Notes: generated from the sequence alone by a model not told the origin. A stretch of 64,000 nt of DNA from an uncultured Bacteroidota bacterium (GCA_937867025.1 CALMKH010000249.1:3600-67599); one strand, 5' to 3'. Numbered from the stretch's first letter, positions 21,437 through 32,181 are shown. A program made the numbers and translations.

Positions 21437-23077
21437 TTGATCCAGCCCCGTATTCTCATCGCATGTCTGTTCTTTTCCGTTGCATCAGCGGTCGCGCAGG
21501 TCAGGTGTGTTGAGGACACTGAAGGCAATTGCATCGCCAGGGGGAAGTTAAAGACTTACACCATTAAAAACAGCTTCGGTGTCAAATATGACCAGTCGAT
21601 ACGCATAGGCACATGGGAGTTTTATTCGACCGAAGGCAACAAAATCGGCACAGGAGCCTATAAGGAAAAAGACAAGGCATCTTACAAACACGGAGAATGG
21701 CTCTTTTACGCAGAAGACGGCAGGCTGCTTTTCAGGAGATGGTATATGCTCGGAACCCTTTCAAAAACAGTGTTCGAAGACAGCGGATGCTATGTATACG
21801 AGAGTGAAAGAGTGTGTATAGTTTCCGATTCACTCGGCGGTTTCAAGGTAACAGAAAAGAAGGCATCGGGCGTCGTGGAATATAAAACCGCTGTGAAAAC
21901 CGAAATAGCAGGTGATCCTTCGGTCAATGCCCGATCCTACCCGGCAACGCAGGTGAATACAAACAACGACATCAATATGGATTCCGGATGCCTGGCAGCG
22001 TTTCCCATGCTCAGGCATGCACTCACCATCAGGGCCTGGTCGGCTGCCAGTCCGCTGAACCTCATTAACAATGGCGACTTCGAACTTTCACGCGCCAAAA
22101 TGAATCAAAACCACGAAAGCCAGATCCAGATGATGAATGAACAATTTGCCAGATTCTGGGGAAGCTCAGCTGAAACCCCTGATATTTTCCAACGGGACGG
22201 CAACTGTTTCGGAGGATTCAGGGTAATGGGCGTGAATTATGAAGTACTCAGAAACCAGCTTAAAAAACCCCTGGAGGCCGGTAAAACCTACTGTCTTCAG
22301 TTCAAGCTCAGACTCAAGTCCGAAAACGCCTTTGCATTCAACGGGGTATCCGCAGCAATAAGCCGGGGTGTCGCCTTTTTCAGGAACAGCGAGGAAGGCA
22401 GAAGCCTGGGCGTAGTTCTTCAGACACATCCTGACATGACGCTGGCCTGCCGCGACCAGTGGATGCTGATTAGCGGAAACTTCAAGGCGAAGGGAGGAGA
22501 AAAATATATCTATATCAGCAATTTCACCGACCCTGCAGCGCTTAAAATCCATAAGGTTGACAAACTTGCGGGCGATTATGTGGATGAAATCTATTACTAT
22601 ATTGATGACGTGGTGCTGATAGAGGAAACTGCGGATTATACATGCCCCTGCAATGTGAAAGGATGCGGGCTGGATGAAAGCTCGATGAAGGATTCATCCG
22701 GTGCAAATGATATCTTTGTTCATCCGAAGGCCGGACAAAAACTGATCTTGCGAAACATTCAGTTTGAAACAGCCAAATGGGATCTTCTGGAATCCTCGCA
22801 TGAAACACTTGACAGCCTTGTGGAACTGATGAACAAATTTCCATCCATGAGGGTTGAGATCGGGGGACATACCGACAACAAAGGCAGCAGGAAGGACAAT
22901 GAAATCCTGTCCCTGAACCGTGCAAAAGCAGTTGTAAAATTCCTTGTTGAAAACGGCATATCGGAATCGAGGCTTGAATACCGTGGATATGGACAGGAAA
23001 AACCGGTTGACTCGAACGAAACGGAAGCCGGCAGATTAAACAACCGCAGGGTGGAATTCGTCATCCTCGAGTTGTGA
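21437..23077 (+). CDS. OmpA-family protein (N-terminal MORN-like repeats, central CBM-like beta-sandwich, C-terminal OmpA peptidoglycan-binding domain)
   Basis: 546 aa with a signal peptide ILIACLFFSVASAVAQ. The OmpA-C motifs are RVEIGGHTDNKGSRKDNEILSLNRAKAV and NNRRVEFVIL. The start is TTG; no ATG is available. Confidence 0.85.
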   Translation: MIQPRILIACLFFSVASAVAQVRCVEDTEGNCIARGKLKTYTIKNSFGVKYDQSIRIGTWEFYSTEGNKIGTGAYKEKDKASYKHGEWLFYAEDGRLLFRRWYMLGTLSKTVFEDSGCYVYESERVCIVSDSLGGFKVTEKKASGVVEYKTAVKTEIAGDPSVNARSYPATQVNTNNDINMDSGCLAAFPMLRHALTIRAWSAASPLNLINNGDFELSRAKMNQNHESQIQMMNEQFARFWGSSAETPDIFQRDGNCFGGFRVMGVNYEVLRNQLKKPLEAGKTYCLQFKLRLKSENAFAFNGVSAAISRGVAFFRNSEEGRSLGVVLQTHPDMTLACRDQWMLISGNFKAKGGEKYIYISNFTDPAALKIHKVDKLAGDYVDEIYYYIDDVVLIEETADYTCPCNVKGCGLDESSMKDSSGANDIFVHPKAGQKLILRNIQFETAKWDLLESSHETLDSLVELMNKFPSMRVEIGGHTDNKGSRKDNEILSLNRAKAVVKFLVENGISESRLEYRGYGQEKPVDSNETEAGRLNNRRVEFVILEL

Positions 23078-23178
23078 TAACGGCGGACTTATAATTCTTG
23101 TCTGGCAAAAAAACTACTGATTTCCCGCACTTTATAACCATTAGGTTTAAATAAATAAAAAATCCTATTATTGTTGCG

Positions 23179-24585
23179 ATGAAATTGACTTTTTGGGGTG
23201 CGGCAAGAACAGTAACCGGCAGCAAACATATTCTTACGACTGACAAAGGACTTCAGATACTGCTGGACTGCGGTATGTTCCAGGGCTTGGGCAAGGAAAC
23301 CATATCACTTAACAACCACTGGGGATTCGATCCCCGTACCATTGATTACATCCTGCTTTCGCATGCCCATATCGATCATTCGGGCTTGTTGCCCAAGTTG
23401 GTGAAAGACGGTTTTAAAGGCCGCATTTTTGCAACCTCGGCCACTATCGACCTCTGCAGCATTATGCTGCTTGACAGTGCGCGCATACAGGAGAGCGATC
23501 TCAAATACATCAATAAACGCAAGACCCGCAAAAATGAAAAGCTCGTTGAGCCGATATACGATGAAGAAGATGTCAAAAAAACGCTCAGCCTTATGGTGGA
23601 AATGCCTTTGAACGGGCGTTTTACAATTGATGATGAAGTAACTGTTGAAACAACAGAAAACGGGCACATACTAGGGAGCGTAGCCTTGCATTTGTATCTT
23701 ACACGGACCGACGGCAGGGTGACAGTACTTACTTTTACAGGGGACATAGGACGTAGGGATGATGCCATACTGAAAGGCCCGATGGCTTTTCCCCAGTCGG
23801 ATTATATCATATGCGAAAGCACTTACGGCGACCGGTTGCACGACCCCCAGGACGATGTGGAACATCACCTGCTGCGGATAGTGAGGGAAACCTGTGTGGA
23901 AAAGCAAGGGAAGATCATTATTCCGGCGTTCAGCATCGACAGGACGCAGGAGATTGTATATGCCCTGGACCGGCTGGCGTTTACAGGAAAATTGCCTAAA
24001 ATTGACGTGTTTGTAGACAGCCCGCTTTCCGTAAAGGCAACCCGCGTCATGTCCAAGCACAGGGAATACTTCAATAGCGATATACTTGAATACATTACAC
24101 GTGACGGCGATCCGTTCGGATTTCCGAATCTTCACTACATTGAATCGGCAGAAGAATCAAAAAAGATCAACAGCCTGAAAAAGCCCTGTGTGATCATCAG
24201 CGCCAGCGGCATGGCGGAAGCAGGACGGATCAAGCATCATCTCAGGAACAATATAGAAGACCCGAACAACACTGTCTTGCTTGTAGGCTACGCCACACCG
24301 CTCTCGCTGGCGGGACGTATCAAGGCGGGTGACCCTGAGGTGATGATATTCGGGGACATGTTCAAAGTGAATGCGCGCGTGGAAAGTATGGAAAACTTCA
24401 GCGCGCACGGCGACATGAAGGAAATGCTGGATTACCTGTCATGCCAGGATGCTAAGGCCGTTACACGCATGTTCCTGGTGCACGGGGAATATCCAACCCA
24501 GCTGGCCTGGGCCGATACCTTAAAGCTGCAAGGGTTCAGGAATACTGTTATTCCCGTACAGGGAGAATCATTCATCATCGACTGA
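23179..24585 (+). CDS. MBL-fold beta-CASP RNA-metabolising hydrolase
   Basis: 468 aa. Motifs: FWGAARTVTGSKH, LLSHAHIDHSG (HxHxDH), the beta-CASP region, and the C-terminal SAHGD and LVHGE motifs. Confidence 0.85.
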   Translation: MKLTFWGAARTVTGSKHILTTDKGLQILLDCGMFQGLGKETISLNNHWGFDPRTIDYILLSHAHIDHSGLLPKLVKDGFKGRIFATSATIDLCSIMLLDSARIQESDLKYINKRKTRKNEKLVEPIYDEEDVKKTLSLMVEMPLNGRFTIDDEVTVETTENGHILGSVALHLYLTRTDGRVTVLTFTGDIGRRDDAILKGPMAFPQSDYIICESTYGDRLHDPQDDVEHHLLRIVRETCVEKQGKIIIPAFSIDRTQEIVYALDRLAFTGKLPKIDVFVDSPLSVKATRVMSKHREYFNSDILEYITRDGDPFGFPNLHYIESAEESKKINSLKKPCVIISASGMAEAGRIKHHLRNNIEDPNNTVLLVGYATPLSLAGRIKAGDPEVMIFGDMFKVNARVESMENFSAHGDMKEMLDYLSCQDAKAVTRMFLVHGEYPTQLAWADTLKLQGFRNTVIPVQGESFIID

Positions 24586-24586
24586 T

Positions 24587-25354
24587 ATGACACTGGATAA
24601 AAAAACAAAGCTATTCATCATACTGGGAAGCTTCTTTGTAACAAACGCCATTGTAGCCGAATTTATCGGCGCTAAAATATTCTCTTTTGAAAAAACACTC
24701 GGCTTCAATCCTTTCGATATCAATATCCTGGGATTTGAACACCTTTCCTTTGAACTGACCTGCGGTGTCATCCTCTGGCCCGTTGTATTCATCATGACCG
24801 ACATTATCAATGAATACTATGGAAAAAAAGGCGTGAAACTTCTGAGCTATATCACTGCCGGCATGATTGCTTATGCTTTTATAATGGTGTTCCTGGCCAT
24901 CAGGGTAACCCCTGCGGGATGGTGGACTGGAAGCGGCGGGGAAAAGGGTGTCGCTGATATGCAGGCGGCCTACAGCGCCGTGTTCGGCCAGGGGTTGTGG
25001 ATTATTATAGGATCCCTCGTAGCGTTCCTGGTCGGGCAGATAGCGGATGTTTATGTGTTCCATTATTTACGCGAAAAATCAGGTGAGAAGATGTTATGGC
25101 TCAGGAGCACAGGATCAACGCTGGTCTCGCAGTTTATAGACAGTTTCGTAGTATTGTTTATCGCTTTTTATATAGGCAGCGACTGGTCGATCCAGAAAGT
25201 GCTGGCGATAGGCATCATGAATTACATTTACAAGTTCTGCATCGCCATTGTCATCACGCCGTTCCTTTACATTCTTCATAACGCCATCGACAAATATCTT
25301 GGCAGGGAACTTGCACACAACATGATGAATGAGGCAGAAAAGCAATATGATTAA
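24587..25354 (+). CDS. yhhQ: Queuosine-precursor transporter (YhhQ / DUF165 / VUT family)
   Basis: 255 aa, about 6 TM. Motifs: WPVVFIMTDIINEYYGKKG, ADVYVFHYLR, WLRSTGSTLVSQFIDSFVV. The start lies 1 nt after the preceding stop. Confidence 0.8.
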   Translation: MTLDKKTKLFIILGSFFVTNAIVAEFIGAKIFSFEKTLGFNPFDINILGFEHLSFELTCGVILWPVVFIMTDIINEYYGKKGVKLLSYITAGMIAYAFIMVFLAIRVTPAGWWTGSGGEKGVADMQAAYSAVFGQGLWIIIGSLVAFLVGQIADVYVFHYLREKSGEKMLWLRSTGSTLVSQFIDSFVVLFIAFYIGSDWSIQKVLAIGIMNYIYKFCIAIVITPFLYILHNAIDKYLGRELAHNMMNEAEKQYD

Positions 25355-27461
25355 ATGGTTGTCCTGTTTATGCATCTGCCTGCTGTCAGTCCAGTGCAGC
25401 AACAGAAAACAGCATATTGTCCCGGAACAGCCTGCAGAAAAGGCTATCATATCCCTTAAGGTTCCACAGGCTGGCATATGGCAGCCGTTAGGGCCTTTCG
25501 GATCCCCGGAACCCATGGCGCGTAAAGGTGAAATGAGCCCGCACGGAGCCGGCAGGTTCATGTGCGTGGATGTTCATCCTGACCGTCCGGGCGAAATCCT
25601 TGCGGGGCACGCCACGTCAGGCATATTCAAAACCGTGGACAACGGCCGTACCTGGGAACAGAAGCTGAAGTTCGATTTTTCCACAGGCATTTTCAACATA
25701 AAACGTTTTAAAAAGAATCCCTCCCACCTGATGGTCTGTTCAGCGCTGGATATTGGCAATTCCAGGCAGTATGGCTACGGCTTAATAGAATCGTTCGACA
25801 ATGGTGAAACGTGGGTCAGAAATAGCCTGCAGTTTGAACCTGAAGAATACAAGCTCGCGCAATGCCGTGATGTGGCCATCATTGATTCCAAAAAGGAAAA
25901 AAGGATATTATGCATAAGTGACAAGGCTGTATATCTTTCTGAAGATGCAGCAGTGTCATGGAAAAAAGTGTATGAAACCGGCCTGATCATTAAGTCGATA
26001 ATTGTCAACCCGGTTGACGATCGCTCCATTTTCATATGCGGCAATGGTGTGCTTTACAGCCACGATGGAGGTTTGAGCTGGAAGGATATATCCGCCGATG
26101 TCTGCTCAGCTTATGGCAAGCAACCCGGTGGATTCGGGCGCTTTGATGTCGCTTTTTCACAAAAAACAAGGAATCACTTTTATCTCGTTGCAGAAGAGAG
26201 TTCGGTTATATTGCTCAGGGGTTCCACCGACAGCATTGGTAAGTTCCGGATAGTAAACAGGAATGCTGCCATGCTTAACGCCACAAGACTGGCGATGTGT
26301 ACCTTGAACGACCGCAAAACAGGAAAAGAAACCTTATTTGTCGGCACCACGCGTTTATTTGCCAGCAGTGATGAGGGTCTGCACTTCAGGCAGGCAAGCA
26401 ACCCTGAAAAAGGACAGGCTGATCTGGCCCATGATGATATAAATTGCCTGCGTGCATTCGGCTCTGCCATCTATATGGCAACTGACGGGGGTGTGGACGT
26501 TTCGAAAGATGCAGGGCAGACATGGACATCGCTCACAAACGGCTCTGTCAATCTCAATGCTTCACTGATCTTCGGGTTTGACAGGTCTGAGCAGGGCTTG
26601 ATGATGGGGGGAACCCAGGACAATGGCATATTGATACTGAGGAACGGGAAGTGGTATTGTTCAGATATGTACGGTGACGGGGGAAGGGCCGTCGCCATTA
26701 ACGACAGCACAGGCTTTGCCGTTGGCTATGCCCAGGCTAATTATTTTACGCGCAACGCAGGAAAATCCTTTGAATACAGCCATGCAGGAAGCGAACGCTC
26801 GGGGCACGATTTCAGGATGGCTTATCACAAAAAATCGCGTACGTTTTTCCTTGCCAACCAACACCTGTATAAAAAGAAGGAAGGCAAATACTTCGAAATC
26901 CTGACCTCAGGCCTTGATGCCGGCAGGAAAATAAAAGCTTTCTGGGTCAACCCTGAGAACGAAAACGAGATATGGTTCTGCAGGGATGAACCCACGTGGG
27001 GGAAAGAACTGAAAAACAAATTATACTACACCGATAACGGTGGCAGGATCTGGCTCGATTATACTTACAGGTTGCCGGTATTAAGCTGGCGAAGCATTAC
27101 CGACATATTCATCAACGGGAATGGCGTGGTGGCTGTGACACTTGAAGCATTCGACAAAAACGGAACCGAACCGAATAAAGTATATTTCTCGCTTGATGGC
27201 GGGTTAACGTTTGTCAACCAGTCGGCGGGCTTGCCCAATGTTCCGGCAAATACCATTATTTATGCCAACCGGGAATGGATATGCGGCACCAATAATGGGG
27301 TCTATGTATTCAGGAATAATGTATGGGAAAAGATGGGCGCCGGATTTCCCGCGACGATTGTCACCGAACTGAAATACTTTGAAGATACAGGCATGCTTTA
27401 CGCCTCCACATTCGGCAGGGGCATGTGGGGAATGTTGATCAGCAACAACCCTGATCATTGA
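25347..27461 (+). CDS. BNR/Asp-box repeat beta-propeller protein (GH74 / Ycf48-like), probable lipoprotein
   Basis: Repeated SxDxGxTW boxes: TVDNGRTWE, SFDNGETWV, SHDGGLSWK, SKDAGQTWT, TDNGGRIWL, SLDGGLTF. The signal MIKWLSCLCICLLSVQC favours a start at 25347 over the track's 25329. Confidence 0.7.
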   Translation: MIKWLSCLCICLLSVQCSNRKQHIVPEQPAEKAIISLKVPQAGIWQPLGPFGSPEPMARKGEMSPHGAGRFMCVDVHPDRPGEILAGHATSGIFKTVDNGRTWEQKLKFDFSTGIFNIKRFKKNPSHLMVCSALDIGNSRQYGYGLIESFDNGETWVRNSLQFEPEEYKLAQCRDVAIIDSKKEKRILCISDKAVYLSEDAAVSWKKVYETGLIIKSIIVNPVDDRSIFICGNGVLYSHDGGLSWKDISADVCSAYGKQPGGFGRFDVAFSQKTRNHFYLVAEESSVILLRGSTDSIGKFRIVNRNAAMLNATRLAMCTLNDRKTGKETLFVGTTRLFASSDEGLHFRQASNPEKGQADLAHDDINCLRAFGSAIYMATDGGVDVSKDAGQTWTSLTNGSVNLNASLIFGFDRSEQGLMMGGTQDNGILILRNGKWYCSDMYGDGGRAVAINDSTGFAVGYAQANYFTRNAGKSFEYSHAGSERSGHDFRMAYHKKSRTFFLANQHLYKKKEGKYFEILTSGLDAGRKIKAFWVNPENENEIWFCRDEPTWGKELKNKLYYTDNGGRIWLDYTYRLPVLSWRSITDIFINGNGVVAVTLEAFDKNGTEPNKVYFSLDGGLTFVNQSAGLPNVPANTIIYANREWICGTNNGVYVFRNNVWEKMGAGFPATIVTELKYFEDTGMLYASTFGRGMWGMLISNNPDH

Positions 27462-27472
27462 CACACGTCACC

Positions 27473-29998
27473 CTAATACACCAGGTAAAAGGTACCGGCC
27501 AGGTGAATAGTCTCTTTTTTTGATGTGACGAACTCAACGGTATAAAAATATATTCCCTCGGAACATATGCGGTCATTGACCCGTCCATCCCACCCTGTAC
27601 CCAAATCAGAGGTTTCAAAGATCAGCCCGCCCCAGCGGTCGAAAATCCTGAATACATAACCCTGGCTTCGCAGATCGTTGCCCACAGGGCGGAATACATC
27701 ATTTAAGCGGTCATCGTTTGGTGAAAACGCATTCGGGACAAAACATGTTTCTTCACAGCTGTCCGTAAGAAATATGCCGTCTTCCCCACTGCAGCCTCCT
27801 GCATTTGTCACGCGAAGGGTAATCCATCCCGAATGGTAAGTGGTTATCGACTCAGTGATCTCTCCTCCAGGTTCCCAGTGATAGAACGCCCCGCTCACAT
27901 TGCTCTTCAGCGCGAAACCCCGGGGGGAACATACCTTCCTGTTGGGGCCCAGATCGACAACAGGCACATCCAGCAAGAGTATGTTAAAACTATCCCTGAG
28001 GGTTCCGCATACATTCGACACGGTATAGGCATATTTGCCGGAAGCAGGAATTTTTACAGACCTGCCTGTATCGCCGTTTGTCCATTGCACGGATCCAATG
28101 CCTTTCACTGAAAGCTGCAGAACTTTGACATCATTGCTCCTGCAAAAGGTATCATCTTCAAGCCTTACATATGAAGGCAGCTGCGAAAAACTGATATCCA
28201 CCGTATCCGAACTTGGGCATTCGTTGTTGCCTGAAGCCGTTACGGAATATGTCCCCGCCTTGGTCACCTGAATGGTTTTTGTCGTTTCTCCTGTGTTCCA
28301 TTCATACCCGTACGCATTGGAAAACTGGTTTCCCAGGGTTATTGCAGGCGGCTGACCGAACGGCAGGCAATACATGGTATCTTTGCCAAGATCCGGAACA
28401 GTTGCATATGGTATATCCGAAACTGTAACCGTATCGCGATAAAAACAGTTTGCTCCTGTCCTGTAAACCGCAGCAACATACTTGCCACTGTTCAGCGTAT
28501 ACCGCGAAAGAGTACTGCCCGAAAGGTCGTTCCAAAGCACCTTGCTCAGGGCGGAGGGATTCTGGGGATTGAGCAGAACCGAATCGCCCACACATTTAGT
28601 CAGGTTAAGCGGGTACTCATTTGCTTTTCCAAGGAAATCTACCACTGTAAGCTTCGTTGTAAGAATACCGGCGGGCGCATAATTATTATTGACATTTTTA
28701 CGGTGAACTTCCACCTTTACCGTGTAAAGTCCTGGTTTTGCAAATTTGTGCAAAGGCTTCTGCAAGGATGAAAAGTTATCCGTTCCCGAAGCTGTATCAC
28801 CAAAATCCCAGCGAACCGAATCTGTCGTTTTCAGATCGGCGCATTCAAAGCTGAAATCATCTCCGGCGCATTTACCCTTTGCAGTTATGCTGGATTTAAT
28901 GGAATCGCTGAAATAGGTGGATATAAACGGCGGTAGTCCAAGGCGGCAGGTGCGGCCTTTCAGATACAGGGCATTTTCCTGAAAATTACAGGCGCCTTTT
29001 GCTGAATTGGGCGAATTGATAACCGACAGGTATTTGCTTAAATACCTGGCAATATATATTTTCTTATCCGGGGCCAGCTGCACAGTTGCAAATATGGACG
29101 TGTCGGTCACCCTGTAAGCGCTGTTAAGTATGGAATTCAGATCATTGGATGTGATGTCATACTGCATGATACCATCAAAGAGCGAACTGACATACAGCTG
29201 TTTTTCATCCGGTGAGAATTCAACCCCGTAAGAATACCGGACAGGAATAATCTTGAGATTTGAAAGGTATCCGGTTTTATTGTCAAAATCGTAGAGGCAG
29301 AGGCCTTTATCCCTTACGCACAAAGCATATTTTTTTCCTGAAGGTGAGAATTTGCTGGCGAGCGTGTAACCGTTGATCCCGGTCCCGATGGTTGGCCCGG
29401 GCTGTGAGAATGTCATGGTGTTACTGACCCCAAGAGGCGTCACAAGATACGAAACAAATTCGTCTGAATTGTCATTCTTGAAGACCACCCAGCAATCGTT
29501 CCCGTTAAAATGCCTTACAGCTGAAACAGATTCAGTATGCATATTATCCTTCAGCTTGACATTCTTTGTAATGACTTCACCGCTTCCACCCCTTGCATTG
29601 ACATTAACAACACTGTAATAAAACCCTTTTTTCGTGCCTCCTGCTTCTCCCGGATTAAAAATAAGATAAAGCGAATCGCTCTTGGGAAGCTTGATGATCA
29701 TGGCGGATTGCGCGGAAGACCAGGCGCCATGAAGGCCTGTACCATTTACCATGACCTGGTGTTTTGCATTGTAGACCGTGTCACCATCCGTATAAAAAAG
29801 CAGTTTTCCGTAGGCATCACAAATGCTGGCACAACCTTCATCGGTATGCAATTTTCCATCCGTAAGTACTATAGGGGGGCTGGCGTTAAAATCAATTCCC
29901 GCTCCAAGGCCGAAATACCATACATTCACTTCTTTCTGGGCAGATAAACGAAAACACAAACTTAACAGGACAGCACAATACACAAAACGCATATTCAA
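27473..29998 (-). CDS. T9SS cargo protein with a type B (gliding-motility-associated, TIGR04131-like) C-terminal domain and a PKD-like domain
   Basis: 841 aa with signal MNMRFVYCAVLLSLCFRLSAQ. The PKD-like segment is WDFGDTASGTDNFSSLQKPLHKFAKPGLYTVKVEV. The C-terminus is CFVPNAFSPNDDRLNDVFRPVG...FRIFDRWGGLIFE...GWDGR...GIYFYTVEF. Confidence 0.85.
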   Translation of the reverse strand: MNMRFVYCAVLLSLCFRLSAQKEVNVWYFGLGAGIDFNASPPIVLTDGKLHTDEGCASICDAYGKLLFYTDGDTVYNAKHQVMVNGTGLHGAWSSAQSAMIIKLPKSDSLYLIFNPGEAGGTKKGFYYSVVNVNARGGSGEVITKNVKLKDNMHTESVSAVRHFNGNDCWVVFKNDNSDEFVSYLVTPLGVSNTMTFSQPGPTIGTGINGYTLASKFSPSGKKYALCVRDKGLCLYDFDNKTGYLSNLKIIPVRYSYGVEFSPDEKQLYVSSLFDGIMQYDITSNDLNSILNSAYRVTDTSIFATVQLAPDKKIYIARYLSKYLSVINSPNSAKGACNFQENALYLKGRTCRLGLPPFISTYFSDSIKSSITAKGKCAGDDFSFECADLKTTDSVRWDFGDTASGTDNFSSLQKPLHKFAKPGLYTVKVEVHRKNVNNNYAPAGILTTKLTVVDFLGKANEYPLNLTKCVGDSVLLNPQNPSALSKVLWNDLSGSTLSRYTLNSGKYVAAVYRTGANCFYRDTVTVSDIPYATVPDLGKDTMYCLPFGQPPAITLGNQFSNAYGYEWNTGETTKTIQVTKAGTYSVTASGNNECPSSDTVDISFSQLPSYVRLEDDTFCRSNDVKVLQLSVKGIGSVQWTNGDTGRSVKIPASGKYAYTVSNVCGTLRDSFNILLLDVPVVDLGPNRKVCSPRGFALKSNVSGAFYHWEPGGEITESITTYHSGWITLRVTNAGGCSGEDGIFLTDSCEETCFVPNAFSPNDDRLNDVFRPVGNDLRSQGYVFRIFDRWGGLIFETSDLGTGWDGRVNDRICSEGIYFYTVEFVTSKKETIHLAGTFYLVY

Positions 29999-30201
29999 AA
30001 ATAAAGGTTTTTTTATGATTTTTTCAAAATCTAAAGTTATATAAATGTAAATATTTTACAACCAACAGCTTAGGGCAGTTTCTACATCCAGCCTTATGCT
30101 TGAATGATGCTTATATTCCAAGGTATGATAAGGGTTACGAAGCTGGAATGCAGCCGGGTGTTGGCAGCCCTGGAAATGTCCGCCAAAGAAAAACAAGGCG
30201 G

Positions 30202-31647
30202 CTAATTATCCTTCAGTCTTCTTTTTTTAATAAGAAACAAGTTGATCCGTTCTATCAGTTTCTGATATTTTTCCTTGTCAAAAATGGCTGATTCGTTCGC
30301 CGCCCTGTTGAGCACAAAAAGACCGACAGGGAATAAAAAAATAGTGGCCATCCAGGCTCCGAGCCATTCGGGAATAATACCATCCCTTCCCATTTTTATC
30401 CCTATCATGTTGATCACATAATATAAAATGAACATGATAATGGATACGACCATGGGCATGCCTATCCCGCCTTTGCGTATGATGGTACCCAGGGGAGCCG
30501 CCAGCAGGAACAGTACGATGAGCACGAATGAAAGCGTGAATTTTTCATGCCACTTCAGGGTGTACATGCGGTCATCATTTTTTATATCCTCCAACTGTTG
30601 AGCAGAAGATTCGATTATGCTTTTCAGATTTCGTGCCGATGTAAGCGCCTGTTCCAGTATGGCATAACGGTTTTCCTTTGCAAAGTTCTTGATGATCGTA
30701 TCGTTTTTCAGGGCGGGGCTGTCTTTAACATTGGAGCCCTGCATAAGGATTTTCGGGTCCGGATAGTACGGGCGGATATAGTCCCTTGTAGCCGTATTTT
30801 TTTTCCGGATCTCTTTCCTGGATGAATCGATGGCTTTCTGCAGTTCCGAAATATTCATCATTACAGCGCTGCCTTTAAACAGTTCCTTATCGGTTTGTTT
30901 AAGATCCAGGTCGCTCAGGTCAAAAGTGATTTTCTGTTCGTCAAAATGCGTCACTGTTGAGGGAAGTGTCTTGGTATAGCCGGCGTTTTCAACCAGCTCT
31001 TCGTACCGAGTGCCATCGTACAGGGTGAAATACAGCAGGCGTTTATCATCGCTAAGCTTCATTTTTCCGGATTCGGCCCTGACAATGGAGAGTTCGCTGT
31101 ACCCTGGCTTGATTTCGTAGATCAGCACATCGTGTATGGTTTCATTATCGGCGTCCTTTTTCCCTATCCGTATCTGGTAACCTTCAATCCCGTTGTAAAA
31201 GACCCCTTCCTTAATGTCAAATGCCGGCTTTTTATTCCGTATGTCCCACAGAAGGCTTTTGGCCTCAAGATTGGCTTTTGGAATAACAATGTTGGAGACA
31301 TAGAAAGTAACAATAGCCAGGAAAATGATAATGACAAATGCAGGCATTAAAGCCCGGTATATACTTACACCGCTGGCTTTTAGTGCCACCATTTCATAAC
31401 TTTCGGAAAGGTTTCCGAACGTCATCAGGCTGGACAGGAGCACAGCCAGCGGCAAAGCCATGGGAATAAGGTCGGCGAGTGAAAAGAACAGCAGACGCGC
31501 AACGACGTGCCACTCAAGTCCTTTGCCTACCAGATCGTCAATATACTTCCACAGGAAGAGCATCAGGAATAAAAACATGGAGATAAAGAACGTTCCGAGG
31601 AATGGTCCTATAAATGCTTTTATTACCAGTAAATTGACTTTTTTCAT
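30202..31647 (-). CDS. LptF/LptG-family (YjgP/YjgQ) permease
   Basis: 481 aa. The N-terminus LVIKAFIGPFLGTFFISMFLFLMLFLWKYIDDLVGKG is typical. It has three TMs, a large periplasmic insert, then three more TMs. Confidence 0.8.
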   Translation of the reverse strand: MKKVNLLVIKAFIGPFLGTFFISMFLFLMLFLWKYIDDLVGKGLEWHVVARLLFFSLADLIPMALPLAVLLSSLMTFGNLSESYEMVALKASGVSIYRALMPAFVIIIFLAIVTFYVSNIVIPKANLEAKSLLWDIRNKKPAFDIKEGVFYNGIEGYQIRIGKKDADNETIHDVLIYEIKPGYSELSIVRAESGKMKLSDDKRLLYFTLYDGTRYEELVENAGYTKTLPSTVTHFDEQKITFDLSDLDLKQTDKELFKGSAVMMNISELQKAIDSSRKEIRKKNTATRDYIRPYYPDPKILMQGSNVKDSPALKNDTIIKNFAKENRYAILEQALTSARNLKSIIESSAQQLEDIKNDDRMYTLKWHEKFTLSFVLIVLFLLAAPLGTIIRKGGIGMPMVVSIIMFILYYVINMIGIKMGRDGIIPEWLGAWMATIFLFPVGLFVLNRAANESAIFDKEKYQKLIERINLFLIKKRRLKDN

Positions 31648-31693
31648 ATTCCGGGAAGCTATTGCTGAAAATGCAAACAGCGTTCCAAAGGCA

Positions 31694-32092
31694 TCATGCC
31701 GCCCCTACTACATCCTTAAGGGTTTCAAACTGGCTGTGCCAGAGTTCCACGATTTCCCTCTTTTCTTCCACATTGCAGAATTCCGTGACCTTTACGGCTA
31801 CGTCCTCCGTCAGTTCATCCACCAGTATCTCGAATTCCATGTATTCATCTTCGGGAGTATTCTCCCATTTGAACCTGGACAGCTTATTATTCACTGATTT
31901 CAACAGTGTGGCCCTGGTTTCCTGACCGTCATCAAACTGAAAAACATAATCCGTTCTGCTTTTGGTTGTCACTTTATGCGCAAACCATTCCTGCAATCCT
32001 GACGCGTTATTGATGTAATTAAAAAGTATGCTCGGTGAACAATTAATTGGAAACTCTAATACCACTTGCTCTCTACTCTGTTTTTTCGGCAT
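31694..32092 (-). CDS. START-like / SRPBCC-fold small protein
   Basis: 132 aa. The sequence EFPINCSPSILFNYINNASGLQEWFAHKV... matches my recollection of the Bacteroidota START-like domain family. Recognition is weak. Confidence 0.45.
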   Translation of the reverse strand: MPKKQSREQVVLEFPINCSPSILFNYINNASGLQEWFAHKVTTKSRTDYVFQFDDGQETRATLLKSVNNKLSRFKWENTPEDEYMEFEILVDELTEDVAVKVTEFCNVEEKREIVELWHSQFETLKDVVGAA

Positions 32093-32181
32093 AATTTCTA
32101 CATTAAAAAATTTACACGCAATTAAATCAATTTTTATTACACGAAAAATAAAAATTTACCAATATTTGTAAAATTTTTCAG

